A stretch of DNA of 51,217 nucleotides from an uncultured Bacillota bacterium (GTDB lineage: Bacteria; Bacillota_I; Bacilli_A; RF39; UBA660), in the NCBI GenBank assembly GCA_937926935.1, contig CALBBI010000057.1, positions 1 to 51,217 of the forward strand. The letters run 5' to 3'. Below, in pieces: positions 27,743 through 36,844 of this stretch. The position numbers were made by a program, and so were the translations under genes. The notes under the pieces are model-generated. The model was not told the origin of the DNA and searched no databases. It worked only from the letters and a program-made list of their open reading frames with translations. Numbering within the stretch: position 1 is the stretch's first letter; every line of letters starts with the position of its first letter.

Positions 27743-27866
27743 TGTGGATAACTATCTGAGTTATCCACAGGGCAAAATGCCCAAAATTTGGCATAAATAT
27801 GGGTAAAAGCAAAAAGTTATCCACATTATCCACAGTATTATGATTATGAATATATATAAAAGAAGG
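27743..27866. promoter_or_regulatory. oriC part 2: DnaA boxes plus AT-rich candidate unwinding element between dnaA and dnaN
   Basis: Perfect boxes at 27743 (TGTGGATAA) and 27761, plus a head-to-tail tandem at 27817 and 27826 (TTATCCACA). The tandem is followed directly by gtattatgattatgaatatatataaaag. Confidence 0.8.
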
Positions 27867-27873
27867 AGAAAAT

Positions 27874-28992
27874 ATGAAATTTACAATAGAAAAAAATGTT
27901 ATATTAGAAAATTTAATGAATGTAGCAAGAGCTATATCTACTAAAAATGTTATTCCTATATTAAATGGAATTAAATTTGAATTAAAAGAGGAAGGTTTAT
28001 ACTTAACTGCTAGTGATTCAGAGTTAACTATTAAGTCTTTTATTGAAAATAAAGAAATTAAAAATGTTGAAAGTTTAGGTAATATAATAATTCAAAGTAA
28101 GTTTATTGTTGATATTATTAGAAAAATGCCAGAAGACTTAATTAATTTTGAAGTTGTGGATGGATTAAAGATAAAAATATCTTCAGGAGCTTCAGAGTAT
28201 AATTTAAATTGTCTAGATTCAAGTGAGTATCCAGCTATTAAATTAGATGAACATAAAAATCCAATAATTATCAACAGTGACTTATTTAAAACAATTATTA
28301 GTCAAACAGTATTTGCTATTTCTACTCAAGAATTAAGACCATTACTTACAGGACTTAACTTTAAAATTACCGGAGATATTTTGGAATGTATTGCTACTGA
28401 TAGCTATCGTTTAGCTAAAAAGACAGTTAAACTTAATGTTGAAGCTGAATCAGCTGTTAATATTGTTATTCCTGGTAAAAATGTTTTAGAGTTAGATAAG
28501 ATATTAACAGATGAACAAGATATGGAAATGCATGTATTTAATAACAAGATTTTATTTAAATATAAAAATATTACTTTCCAAAGTAATTTACTTGCTGGTA
28601 CATATCCTAATACTAATAATTTAATTCCAACTGAGTTTGAAATTATGTTAAATACTAATTTAAATGATTATTATAATGCAATAGATAGAGCAGCCCTACT
28701 TACTCAAAGTAAGGATAAAAACATTGTTAAAATGCATTTAAGTAATAAAGAACTTGTTATTAATTCGTATGCTAGTGAAATTGGTAAAGTTGAAGAAAGA
28801 GTTAAAGTAGATTGTAATGTTGATACTAATTTGGATATTTCCTTTAGTTCAAAGTATATGTTAGAAGCTTTAAGAACATTTAAAGATGAACAAATATTGA
28901 TACTATTAAATGGTGAAGTTAAACCAATAGTTATTAAATCAACAGAAGATGAATCATTAATTCAATTAATCTTACCTTTAAAGACTTATTAA
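27874..28992 (+). CDS. dnaN: DNA polymerase III beta sliding clamp
   Basis: 372 aa with three-domain clamp length. Canonical position after dnaA. GGAG SD. Confidence 0.95.
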   Translation: MKFTIEKNVILENLMNVARAISTKNVIPILNGIKFELKEEGLYLTASDSELTIKSFIENKEIKNVESLGNIIIQSKFIVDIIRKMPEDLINFEVVDGLKIKISSGASEYNLNCLDSSEYPAIKLDEHKNPIIINSDLFKTIISQTVFAISTQELRPLLTGLNFKITGDILECIATDSYRLAKKTVKLNVEAESAVNIVIPGKNVLELDKILTDEQDMEMHVFNNKILFKYKNITFQSNLLAGTYPNTNNLIPTEFEIMLNTNLNDYYNAIDRAALLTQSKDKNIVKMHLSNKELVINSYASEIGKVEERVKVDCNVDTNLDISFSSKYMLEALRTFKDEQILILLNGEVKPIVIKSTEDESLIQLILPLKTY

Positions 28993-29024
28993 GATATTTA
29001 AAGTGCCTACTTGGGTGCTTTTTT

Positions 29025-29050
29025 TGTGGATAACTTTAATTTTATCCACA
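29025..29050. promoter_or_regulatory. Inverted pair of perfect DnaA boxes (second copy of the 26-mer at 907..932)
   Basis: tgtggataactttaattttatccaca, identical to 907..932. Lies just after the dnaN terminator-like hairpin. Confidence 0.7.
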
Positions 29051-29051
29051 A

Positions 29052-29078
29052 TTCGACAAAATTCGATAAATTTCGACA
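29052..29078. promoter_or_regulatory. Three Spo0A-box-like heptamers in exact 10-bp phase
   Basis: TTCGACA (29052), TTCGATA (29062), TTCGACA (29072). TTCGACA is the reverse complement of the 0A-box TGTCGAA. Upstream of the comK-like gene. Confidence 0.45.
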
Positions 29079-29130
29079 GAATGATTATGTTATAACAGGG
29101 GCAATTCATTAACAAAGGGGGAATTAGGTA

Positions 29131-29616
29131 ATGAAAAATTATGAGATTAATGAAGAAACATTGGCAATTATAAGCCATTATCCAAATGCTAGAATATATG
29201 AAGGGACAAAATCTTATTTAATAAAAGATAATACTTATAATATTATTAAGAAAAGTTGTGAATATTTTGGCAGTACGTTTGAAGGCAGAAGAAGAGGTAC
29301 TAAGATATTAACTGGGTACGCTACTAAATCGCCAATTATTATTGAGGAGAGTAGAGATATTATATTTTTTCCAACATCTTCACCGAGAAGTAAAGAATGT
29401 TCATGGATTTCTTTAAATAATGTTAAGGATTACCGAAAAAGGGATAACAGTACAGAAATAATCTTTAAAAATAAGTCAAAAATTTTAATAAATATTTCAT
29501 ACTATGCTTTTACAAACTTAATTTTGCGAGCAACAAGATTAAATTATGTTTTAAATGAAAGAAAAATCGTCAAAAAAGCAAAAAAGCCAGCAAAAAAGAA
29601 AGATAATGTGGTATAA
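29131..29616 (+). CDS. ComK-family protein
   Basis: 161 aa. YEINEETLAIIS..., SCEYFGSTFEGRRRGT..., IIFFPTSSPRSKECSWISLNNV parallel B. subtilis ComK (RFFGSSYAGRKAGT, IFLFPTLSSTRPQCGWIS). Lys-rich tail. Confidence 0.7.
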   Translation: MKNYEINEETLAIISHYPNARIYEGTKSYLIKDNTYNIIKKSCEYFGSTFEGRRRGTKILTGYATKSPIIIEESRDIIFFPTSSPRSKECSWISLNNVKDYRKRDNSTEIIFKNKSKILINISYYAFTNLILRATRLNYVLNERKIVKKAKKPAKKKDNVV

Positions 29617-29683
29617 TTGTTAATAGGTATAGGAGTATTGTTTATACCTATTATTTTACTATAAGAGAGAGTAGAGGCATAGA

Positions 29684-30793
29684 ATGCATTTAGTGAGTCT
29701 AAAATTGCTCAATTTTAGAAACTATGACCGACTTAGTATTAATTTTTCCTTAGAAAAGAACTTGATAGTAGGACCAAATGGCATGGGAAAAACTAATTTA
29801 ATCGAAGCAATATATGTTTTATCTTTAACAAAATCATTTCGGGGAACTTTGGATAAAATTTTAATAAAAAATGGTAAAAATTTAACGAAGATTTCAGGCG
29901 TTGTTGAACAAAATATAAAACATGAATATAATATCGTTATAACTAATGAAGGTAAGAGTGCTAAAATTGATAGCAATAAATATCCAAGATTAAGTGATTA
30001 TATATCGAAAATTAATGTTGTATTATTTAATCCTGATGATTTAAGAATAATTAAAGATTCGCCAGGAGTTAGAAGAAGTAACTTGAATATTGATTTATCT
30101 CAATTAGATAATGAATATTTGAAGATTTTAAACCAATATAATAAAGTACTTAAGCAAAGAAATGCGTATTTAAAGACAATGTATGCGAATGCCAATGCTA
30201 GTAATGATTATTTAAATGTATTAACAAAAAAGCTAATTGATTATGGTATGATTTTGTATCAAAAAAGAAAGTGGTTTTTAGAGTTAATACAAGAAAATAT
30301 TGGGGATAAATATAGTAAAATATGTGGGAATAATACGATTTGTATACAGTATATTTCTGATTATGAAAATAAAACGCAAGAAGAATTATTAGAAATATAT
30401 AGTAAGAACCAAAATAAAGATATGTTACTAGGAAAAACTGGTTTTGGAGTACATCATGATGATTATGATTTTGTTGTAGATAGTCAAAAATTAAAAGATT
30501 ATGGTTCAGAAGGGCAGCAAAAAAATGCCATTATTGCTTATAAATTAAGTGAAGTAGAGATATTTAAGAAAGTTAAGAAGACTAGTCCTATATTGATTTT
30601 AGATGATTTATTTAGTGAACTAGATATGCAAAAGATAGAAAATATTTTAAATTTACTTGATAAAGAAGTACAAACTTTTATAACTACAACTGATGTAAAT
30701 GATGTCTTAGAAACAATAAAGAATAATAGTAAAATTATCGAAATTTATGATGGCAAGATAAAGGAGGCTACTGATGAGAGAAGTAGGACATAA
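29684..30793 (+). CDS. recF: DNA replication and repair protein RecF
   Basis: SMC-like ATPase; Walker [10 protein letters not shown]; signature SEGQQK; Walker [13 protein letters not shown]. Confidence 0.95.
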   Translation: MHLVSLKLLNFRNYDRLSINFSLEKNLIVGPNGMGKTNLIEAIYVLSLTKSFRGTLDKILIKNGKNLTKISGVVEQNIKHEYNIVITNEGKSAKIDSNKYPRLSDYISKINVVLFNPDDLRIIKDSPGVRRSNLNIDLSQLDNEYLKILNQYNKVLKQRNAYLKTMYANANASNDYLNVLTKKLIDYGMILYQKRKWFLELIQENIGDKYSKICGNNTICIQYISDYENKTQEELLEIYSKNQNKDMLLGKTGFGVHHDDYDFVVDSQKLKDYGSEGQQKNAIIAYKLSEVEIFKKVKKTSPILILDDLFSELDMQKIENILNLLDKEVQTFITTTDVNDVLETIKNNSKIIEIYDGKIKEATDERSRT

Positions 30794-32702
30794 TGATTAT
30801 AATGATAATGATATTCAAGTATTAGAAGGCTTGGAAGCGGTAAGAAAAAGACCCGGAATGTATATTGGTACAACAGGAGAAGCTGGGCTACATCATTTAG
30901 TATGGGAGATTGTTGATAATGCTGTTGATGAAGCTTTAGCAGGATATTGTGATGATATTGAAGTTGTTGTGGAAAAAGGCAACGTTATTGCAGTTAAAGA
31001 TGATGGTCGTGGTATTCCTACAGGTACTAATGCAAAAACTGGTTTATCCACAGTTGAAACTATTTTTACAGTATTACATGCTGGTGGTAAATTCGGAGGT
31101 GGCGGATATAAAGTATCAGGTGGACTTCATGGTGTAGGTGCTAGTGTTGTTAATGCTTTATCCACATGGCTTGAAGTAACAATTTATCGTGATGGTAAAA
31201 TATATTTTCAACGTTTTGAAAATGGTGGACATTCGGTTGAACCACTAAAAGTTATAGGAGATTGTGATATAAATAGAACAGGTTCTACAGTAAGGTTTAA
31301 AGCTGACCCTGAAATATTTAAGGAAACAACAATTTATAACTATGATACTTTAGCTAAGAGATTACAAGAAATTGCCTTTTTAAATAAGGGATTAAGAATT
31401 GTCTTGATTGATGAAAGAGAAGATAATAGGAAAGATGAATTTGTTTATGAGGGTGGAATTATTGAATTTGTTCACTTATTAAACAAGAATAAAACCCCTA
31501 TTAATCCGGAAGTTATTTATGTAGAAGGTAAAGAAGATAATATTTTGATTGAAGTTGCGATGCAATATAATGATGGCTATAATGAAGCAGTTTATTCTTA
31601 TACTAACAATATTCATACTCATGAAGGGGGAACTCATGAAGATGGAGTTAAAAGAGCATTAACAAGAATTATTAACAATTATGCTAGAAGTGCTAAGATG
31701 TTAAAGGATAATGCGCCTGCTTTAATTGGTGATGATGTAAGAGAAGGCTTAACAATGATTGTTTCATGTAAGCATCCAGACCCACAATTTGAAGGGCAAA
31801 CTAAGACAAAGCTTGGAAATATTGAAGTAAGAAAGATTGCTGATGATGTGTTTAGTGAAGGACTGGAAAGATATTTAATGGAAAATCCTGAGATTGCTAA
31901 GCGTATTGTAGAGAAAGCTATGACGGCATCTCGTGCCCGTGAAGCAGCAAAAAAAGCTCGTGATTTACAAAGAAAAACTAAAGATGGTTTAGATTTATCA
32001 AATCAATGGGGTAAACTTACAGATTGTACAAGTAGAGATTCTAAAGAATGTGAAATTTTTATCGTCGAAGGAGATTCAGCTGGTGGTTCGGCCATTGGTG
32101 GTAGAAATAATCGTACACAAGCAGTATTACCTTTAAGAGGAAAAATATTAAATGTAGAAAAAGCACGTCTTGATAGAGCATTATCTAATGAAGAAATTAG
32201 AAGTATGATAACAGCGTTTGGTACAGGTATTGGTGATGATTTTGATATCAATAAATTAAGATATGACAAAATAATTATAATGACTGATGCCGATGTCGAT
32301 GGAGCACATATTAGAATTCTATTATTAACTTTATTCTATAGATTCTTTAGACCATTATTGGAAACTGGACATATTTATATAGCTCAACCACCATTGTTTA
32401 AGATATCATGGGGTAAAAATTTCCATTATGTATTAACAGAGGATGAAAAAAATGAATTTTTAAAAACTTTACCAGCAAATGTTAAAGTAGATATAGCTCG
32501 TAACAAAGGTTTAGGTGAAATGGACCCAGAAGAACTTTGTGAAACAACAATGGATATTAATAATAGAACTTTGGTTCAAGTTTCTTTAGAGGACGCTATG
32601 GATGCTGATGGAGTATTTAATACTTTAATGGGTGAAGAAGTAGAACCAAGAAGAAAATTTATTGAAGAAAATGCTCACTATGTTGAGAATTTGGATTACT
32701 AG
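30774..32702 (+). CDS. gyrB: DNA gyrase subunit B
   Basis: [23 protein letters not shown] ATPase, Toprim EGDSAGGS and [20 protein letters not shown] 6 nt before the ATG. Overlaps recF by 20 nt. Confidence 0.95.
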   Translation: MREVGHNDYNDNDIQVLEGLEAVRKRPGMYIGTTGEAGLHHLVWEIVDNAVDEALAGYCDDIEVVVEKGNVIAVKDDGRGIPTGTNAKTGLSTVETIFTVLHAGGKFGGGGYKVSGGLHGVGASVVNALSTWLEVTIYRDGKIYFQRFENGGHSVEPLKVIGDCDINRTGSTVRFKADPEIFKETTIYNYDTLAKRLQEIAFLNKGLRIVLIDEREDNRKDEFVYEGGIIEFVHLLNKNKTPINPEVIYVEGKEDNILIEVAMQYNDGYNEAVYSYTNNIHTHEGGTHEDGVKRALTRIINNYARSAKMLKDNAPALIGDDVREGLTMIVSCKHPDPQFEGQTKTKLGNIEVRKIADDVFSEGLERYLMENPEIAKRIVEKAMTASRAREAAKKARDLQRKTKDGLDLSNQWGKLTDCTSRDSKECEIFIVEGDSAGGSAIGGRNNRTQAVLPLRGKILNVEKARLDRALSNEEIRSMITAFGTGIGDDFDINKLRYDKIIIMTDADVDGAHIRILLLTLFYRFFRPLLETGHIYIAQPPLFKISWGKNFHYVLTEDEKNEFLKTLPANVKVDIARNKGLGEMDPEELCETTMDINNRTLVQVSLEDAMDADGVFNTLMGEEVEPRRKFIEENAHYVENLDY

Positions 32703-32715
32703 GAGGTGAAGAAGT

Positions 32716-35181
32716 ATGGATAATAAACAAAATAAAAATGTTGTTGATATAATGAAGAGTTCCTTCTTAGAATATTCAATGGATGTTATTATTGCGCGTG
32801 CATTGCCAGATTTAAGAGATGGTTTAAAACCTGTACATCGTCGTATTTTATACACAATGTATGAAGATGGTTTAACTCCAGATAAAGCTTTTCGTAAAAG
32901 TGCTACTACTGTAGGTGCGGTTTTAGGTAAATATCATCCACATGGTGATACGTCTGTATATGACGCTATGGTAAGAATGGCTCAAGACTTTAGTTATCGT
33001 CATCCACTAGTTGATGGGCATGGTAACTTTGGTTCAATAGATGGTTTTGGTGCGGCAGCATATCGTTATACAGAAGCCAGATTATCAAAGATTTCTTTGG
33101 AGTTATTAAGAGATATTTATAAAGATACTGTTGATTTTGATCCAAACTTTGATGGAACTAAGAAAGAACCTAAAGTATTGCCTTCAAGATTTCCTAATAT
33201 ATTAGTAAATGGTACTATGGGTATTGCTGTAGGTATGGCAACTAATATTCCTCCTCATAATTTAGGGGAAGTAATTGATGGTTGTGTTGCTTATATTGAT
33301 AATCATGATATAACTGTTGAAGAATTAATGAAGTATATTAAAGGACCAGATTTTCCAACTGGAGCATCTATTTTAGGAAACAAGGGTATTAAACAAGCTT
33401 ATGAGACTGGTAGAGGTACTATTACTTTGAGAGCTCATGCTGAAATACAAGAAAATCATGGAAAACAACAGATAGTATTTACCGATATACCTTATCAAGT
33501 AACTAAAATGTCTTTAAGAACTCGTATCGCAGAGTTAGTAAGAGATAAAGTTTTAGAAGGGATTGCTGATTTACATGATGAATCTACATTAGATGGTATT
33601 CGTTTAGTAGTTCATTTGAAAAAAGAAGCAAATGCAAATGTTGTATTAAATAATTTATATAAATTTACACAATTACAAACAACTTATGGTATTATTTTCT
33701 TGATGTTAGATCAAGGTAAACCAAAAACTTTGAACTTATATGAAATTATTTCAAAATATATTGAATTTCAAAAGGAAGTTATCTACAGAAGAACTAAGTT
33801 TGAATTAGATAAGGCTGAAAAGAGAGTTCATATTTTAGAAGGATATAAGATTGCTTTAGATAATTTAGATGAAGTTATCAACATCATAAGAAATGCTGAA
33901 ACTGATGCATTAGCTAAAGAAAAGTTAATGAGTAGATTTGGTCTTGATGATATTCAAGCTGATGCTATTTTAGAATTAAAGTTACGTCGTTTGACTGGTT
34001 TAGAACGTTCTAAGATAGAAGATGAGTTGAATGAGTTATTGGCTTTAATTGATAAATTAAATGGTATTTTAGCTAGTGATGAAAAGATTTATAGCATTAT
34101 TAAAGAAGAATTATTAGAAATTAAAGCAAAATATGCTGATGAAAGACGTACTGATATTGATATGACTGCTATTGAATATATCGAAGATGAATCATTAATA
34201 CCAGAAGAAAACGTTATGTTAGCATTAACAAGCAAAGGATATATTAAGAGAACAACTGCCGATACATTTAAGTCGCAAAATCGTGGTGGTGTAGGTGTAA
34301 AGGGAATGACAACTAATGAAGAAGATAATGTTGAACATTTAATAAATTTATCCACACATGATTATGCATTATTCTTTACTAATAAGGGTAAGGTATATAG
34401 ATTAAAAGGCTACGAGATTCCACAGTTTAGTAGACAATCTAAGGGCTTACCAATAATTAATTTATTACAAATTGAAAAAGATGAATTAGTAAATAGTGTT
34501 ATTAAAGTTTCTCGAGATGATGAAAATAAGTACTTGATGTTTGCTACAAAAGGTGGTATAATTAAAAAGACGCCATTGTCAGAATTTGAAAGCATACGTC
34601 AAAATGGTAAAATATGCATTACGCTAAGAGAAAATGATGAGTTAATCGCTGTTCGAAAGACAACTGGTAATGATAATATCTTATTAGGTTCAAGTGATGG
34701 TCGTATGGTTAAGTTCAATGAATCTGAAATTAGAGAAATGGGACGTACTGCTTCAGGTGTTAAGGGTATTAACTTAAGTGAAGATGCTTACTGTATTGGG
34801 GCTGAGGTTACTAGTGACGATAATAACATTTTGATAGTAACAGAAAACGGTTACGGTAAGCAAACAAATGTTCAAGACTTCCGCGAAACAAGACGTGGTT
34901 CTAAGGGCGTAAATGCTTTAAATGTAACTGATAAAAACGGAAAGTTATGCACATTCAAAGTAGTAGACGATAGTACAGATGTAGTAATTATTACTGATTC
35001 TGGTATGGTTATGCGTATGCCATTAGCTCAAATATCAGTTTTAGGCAGGGTTACTCAGGGAGTTCGTTTAATTAACTTGAAAGATGGCCAAAAAGTATCC
35101 ACAATCAGTTTAATTAAGGCCGAACCAGATGATGTACTTAATGAAAGTTCTATAACTGAATCAGAAAATAACAATCAATAA
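32716..35181 (+). CDS. gyrA: DNA gyrase subunit A
   Basis: [16 protein letters not shown]-type region [14 protein letters not shown], active-site Tyr context [12 protein letters not shown]-terminal beta-pinwheel repeats. Confidence 0.95.
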   Translation: MDNKQNKNVVDIMKSSFLEYSMDVIIARALPDLRDGLKPVHRRILYTMYEDGLTPDKAFRKSATTVGAVLGKYHPHGDTSVYDAMVRMAQDFSYRHPLVDGHGNFGSIDGFGAAAYRYTEARLSKISLELLRDIYKDTVDFDPNFDGTKKEPKVLPSRFPNILVNGTMGIAVGMATNIPPHNLGEVIDGCVAYIDNHDITVEELMKYIKGPDFPTGASILGNKGIKQAYETGRGTITLRAHAEIQENHGKQQIVFTDIPYQVTKMSLRTRIAELVRDKVLEGIADLHDESTLDGIRLVVHLKKEANANVVLNNLYKFTQLQTTYGIIFLMLDQGKPKTLNLYEIISKYIEFQKEVIYRRTKFELDKAEKRVHILEGYKIALDNLDEVINIIRNAETDALAKEKLMSRFGLDDIQADAILELKLRRLTGLERSKIEDELNELLALIDKLNGILASDEKIYSIIKEELLEIKAKYADERRTDIDMTAIEYIEDESLIPEENVMLALTSKGYIKRTTADTFKSQNRGGVGVKGMTTNEEDNVEHLINLSTHDYALFFTNKGKVYRLKGYEIPQFSRQSKGLPIINLLQIEKDELVNSVIKVSRDDENKYLMFATKGGIIKKTPLSEFESIRQNGKICITLRENDELIAVRKTTGNDNILLGSSDGRMVKFNESEIREMGRTASGVKGINLSEDAYCIGAEVTSDDNNILIVTENGYGKQTNVQDFRETRRGSKGVNALNVTDKNGKLCTFKVVDDSTDVVIITDSGMVMRMPLAQISVLGRVTQGVRLINLKDGQKVSTISLIKAEPDDVLNESSITESENNNQ

Positions 35182-35187
35182 AAAATA

Positions 35188-36050
35188 TTAACAATGTTTC
35201 ACGTGAAACATTGTTAACTTATTTAAATAGAAATACATATTTAGAAATAGATATGTATTTTTTTATATGTTTCACGTGAAACATAGTGGATAAATATTTA
35301 TTTTAATAAGCATTAATTATTTAATAAATAAAAAAATATTAAAATTATAATAAGTCCAGCAACAATTTTAAAAGTCAACTCAATGTTTCACGTGAAACAT
35401 TGAGGATAACTTTTGGATTTTGTAAAAAAATGTATTTATTATTTGCTATATTATTACAGATAAATACGTATTTTATGGGAATTTATAAGCATTTTAGCGA
35501 GAATACCAATGTTTCACGTGAAACATTGGGTGTTTATAGGTAAACAATAGCAATAATTAATCTACATATCTGTTTTATATAATTTTTAATTTATTTTTAT
35601 AAATAATTAATCAAAGTATATATGTTTCACGTGAAACATTGTTAATTAATTTAAAATTTCAATTAACTTTTTTTCATATTTTTAAAATGCACTAATGAAG
35701 ATTTATTTTTTATACGTGATGAATTATTATTTTTAATATTTCTATATCTTATATGAGTTTCAATACTAAATTTATTTCATTTTTTCTAATGTTTCACGTG
35801 AAACATAGTTGATAATTGTTTTAATTTTGCGGAATTAAAGTCAATGAGATAGGGTTTTTACTTTATTTTATAAATGTTAGGTAGTTATTTGACCATGTTC
35901 TAAGTTAAAGATACAAAAGCCCAATGTTTCACGTGAAACATTAAGGATAATACATTAAATAAAGGATAACCATAAATATAATTTTAACTTAAATGGACTG
36001 ATATATCGTTTTAAAATGATAATTACTATGTTTCACGTGAAACATAGTAA
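35188..36050. repeat. Array of eight identical perfect parS sites (ATGTTTCACGTGAAACAT; core TGTTTCACGTGAAACA) in non-coding DNA
   Basis: 18-mer copies at 35194..35211, 35267..35284, 35383..35400, 35509..35526, 35622..35639, 35789..35806, 35924..35941 and 36028..36045. Start-to-start spacing is 73, 116, 126, 113, 167, 135 and 104 bp. Some copies sit in longer palindromes: 30 bp at 35188..35217, 26 bp at 35379..35404, 24 bp at 35506..35529, 28 bp at 36023..36050. Spacers are AT-rich and unrelated to each other. Confidence 0.9.
35231..35264 (+). terminator. AT-rich hairpin plus T-run, candidate gyrA terminator
   Basis: AAATACATAT-N10-ATATGTATTT followed by TTTT. The 30-bp parS palindrome at 35188..35217 could also act as a terminator hairpin. 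Confidence 0.4.
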
Positions 36051-36214
36051 AAAATATTCACATTTCAAGTATTTATCAACAGACATTTTTGATATCAAAT
36101 TAACATAATTCATATATATTTAATGATATTGGAAAAATATCAAATTTGATTTAGTTTAGCGAACAAATATATGACGAACAATACTTGAAATTTACTAAAA
36201 ATGCTATTTTTTCC

Positions 36215-36244
36215 TTGATTTTATAAGAAATTATGTTATATAAT
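36215..36244 (+). promoter_or_regulatory. promoter candidate for the SRP RNA
   Basis: TTGATT (36215..36220), 18-nt spacer, TATAAT (36239..36244). The RNA 5' end is predicted about 6 nt downstream. Confidence 0.45.
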
Positions 36245-36248
36245 ATAT

Positions 36249-36327
36249 GCGTGCAACAATTATATAGGAACCTGGTCAGAGTAGGAATACAGCAGCCATA
36301 ACTATCCCTGTTTGTGTGCACTTTTTT
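36249..36327 (+). ncRNA. ffs: signal recognition particle RNA, short (4.5S-like) form
   Basis: CCUGGUCAGAGUAGGAAUACAGCAGCCAUAA matches the universally conserved domain IV (E. coli CCAGGUCAGGUCCGGAAGGAAGCAGCCAAGG). This includes the GGAA tetraloop closed by GUA/UAC. 5' GUGCA pairs with 3' UGCAC, followed by a T6 run. Ends are approximate. Confidence 0.75.
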
Positions 36328-36375
36328 ATTGGAATTTGTGCATACATATGTAGTAAGCTAGTTTGGAGTATAACT

Positions 36376-36792
36376 ATGGAAAAATATTTAGAAAAATTAT
36401 ATAATTTAGCTTTAGAGTCATCAAAAAACGGTGATATTCCTGTAGGATGTATCATAATTAAAAATGGAAATATTTTATCCACAGGCTATAATACCCGTAA
36501 ATGTGATAATTTAGTTATTGGTCATGCAGAAATTAACGCTATTTGTGAAGCAGAAAAAATTTTAGGTGATTTTAGACTTAATGGTTGTATACTTCTTACT
36601 ACGCTTAAGCCTTGTAAGCTTTGTTTTGAGGCAATAGAGGCCTCTAGAATAGATAAAGTGTATTATTTGCTTGACCAAAATTTAAATGGCTTGTATGAGC
36701 CTTTAAAATACGTTAAACTTGATATTGGAAATAATGAATATATAGATAAATATAAAAAATTATTTTTGAATTTTTTTAAGAATATGAGATAA
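36376..36792 (+). CDS. tadA: tRNA-specific adenosine deaminase
   Basis: Zinc motifs HAEINAI and PCKLC. ATG at 36376 has a GGAG SD. The upstream extension in the ORF track overlaps the SRP RNA and is unlikely to be translated. Confidence 0.85.
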   Translation: MEKYLEKLYNLALESSKNGDIPVGCIIIKNGNILSTGYNTRKCDNLVIGHAEINAICEAEKILGDFRLNGCILLTTLKPCKLCFEAIEASRIDKVYYLLDQNLNGLYEPLKYVKLDIGNNEYIDKYKKLFLNFFKNMR

Positions 36793-36844
36793 ATTTATAT
36801 AATAAATAGAGAATATATGATACAATATTGAGGAGGGTGATGGT

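Noticed and set aside
27835-27866. A possible DnaA-trio element (TAT TAT GAT TAT GAA TAT) next to the tandem DnaA boxes.
   Set aside because: There is trinucleotide periodicity, but neither strand gives a convincing run of the 3'-(G/A)AT-5' consensus as I remember it. It is reported only as an AT-rich candidate DUE.
28092-34595. Minus-strand ORFs at 28092..28274, 28978..29178, 29722..29976, 32003..32269, 32625..32855, 34089..34355 and 34410..34595, plus the plus-strand ORF at 30949..31137.
   Set aside because: They are embedded in or antisense to dnaN, recF, gyrB and gyrA. They are out-of-frame shadow ORFs.
35285-35952. GGATAA-type DnaA-box-like sequences lie directly after some parS copies: AGTGGATAA at 35285, TGAGGATAA at 35401, and weaker ones after copies 6 and 7.
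   Set aside because: Only two are within one mismatch of the DnaA box, and four of the eight copies lack them. In AT-rich DNA I cannot distinguish this from chance without statistics. It is worth a computational check but is not claimed.
35188-36050. The repeat array could be mistaken for a CRISPR locus: short palindromic repeats separated by unique spacers.
   Set aside because: - Spacer lengths are highly irregular (55-149 bp).
- The repeat is only 18-30 bp and is an exact parS palindrome.
- No cas genes or leader are present, and the flanks are core housekeeping genes.
35194-36060. Each parS copy starts with ATG and opens a tiny ORF (e.g. MFHVKHC*, MFHVKHSG*).
   Set aside because: All terminate within 6-13 codons and have no SD. 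The ATG is simply part of the palindrome.
36062-36191. A 12-bp inverted repeat ATTTCAAGTATT / AATACTTGAAAT separated by 106 bp, plus the small palindromes TTGATATCAA and ATCAAATTTGAT, between the parS array and the SRP RNA promoter.
   Set aside because: These are low-complexity AT-rich palindromes with no recognisable family and no second copy elsewhere in the window. They could be operator-like, but the evidence is too thin.
36316-36375. N-terminal extension of tadA in the ORF track (MHFFIGICAYICSKLVWSIT).
   Set aside because: It overlaps the 3' end and terminator of the SRP RNA and has no SD. ATG at 36376 has one.
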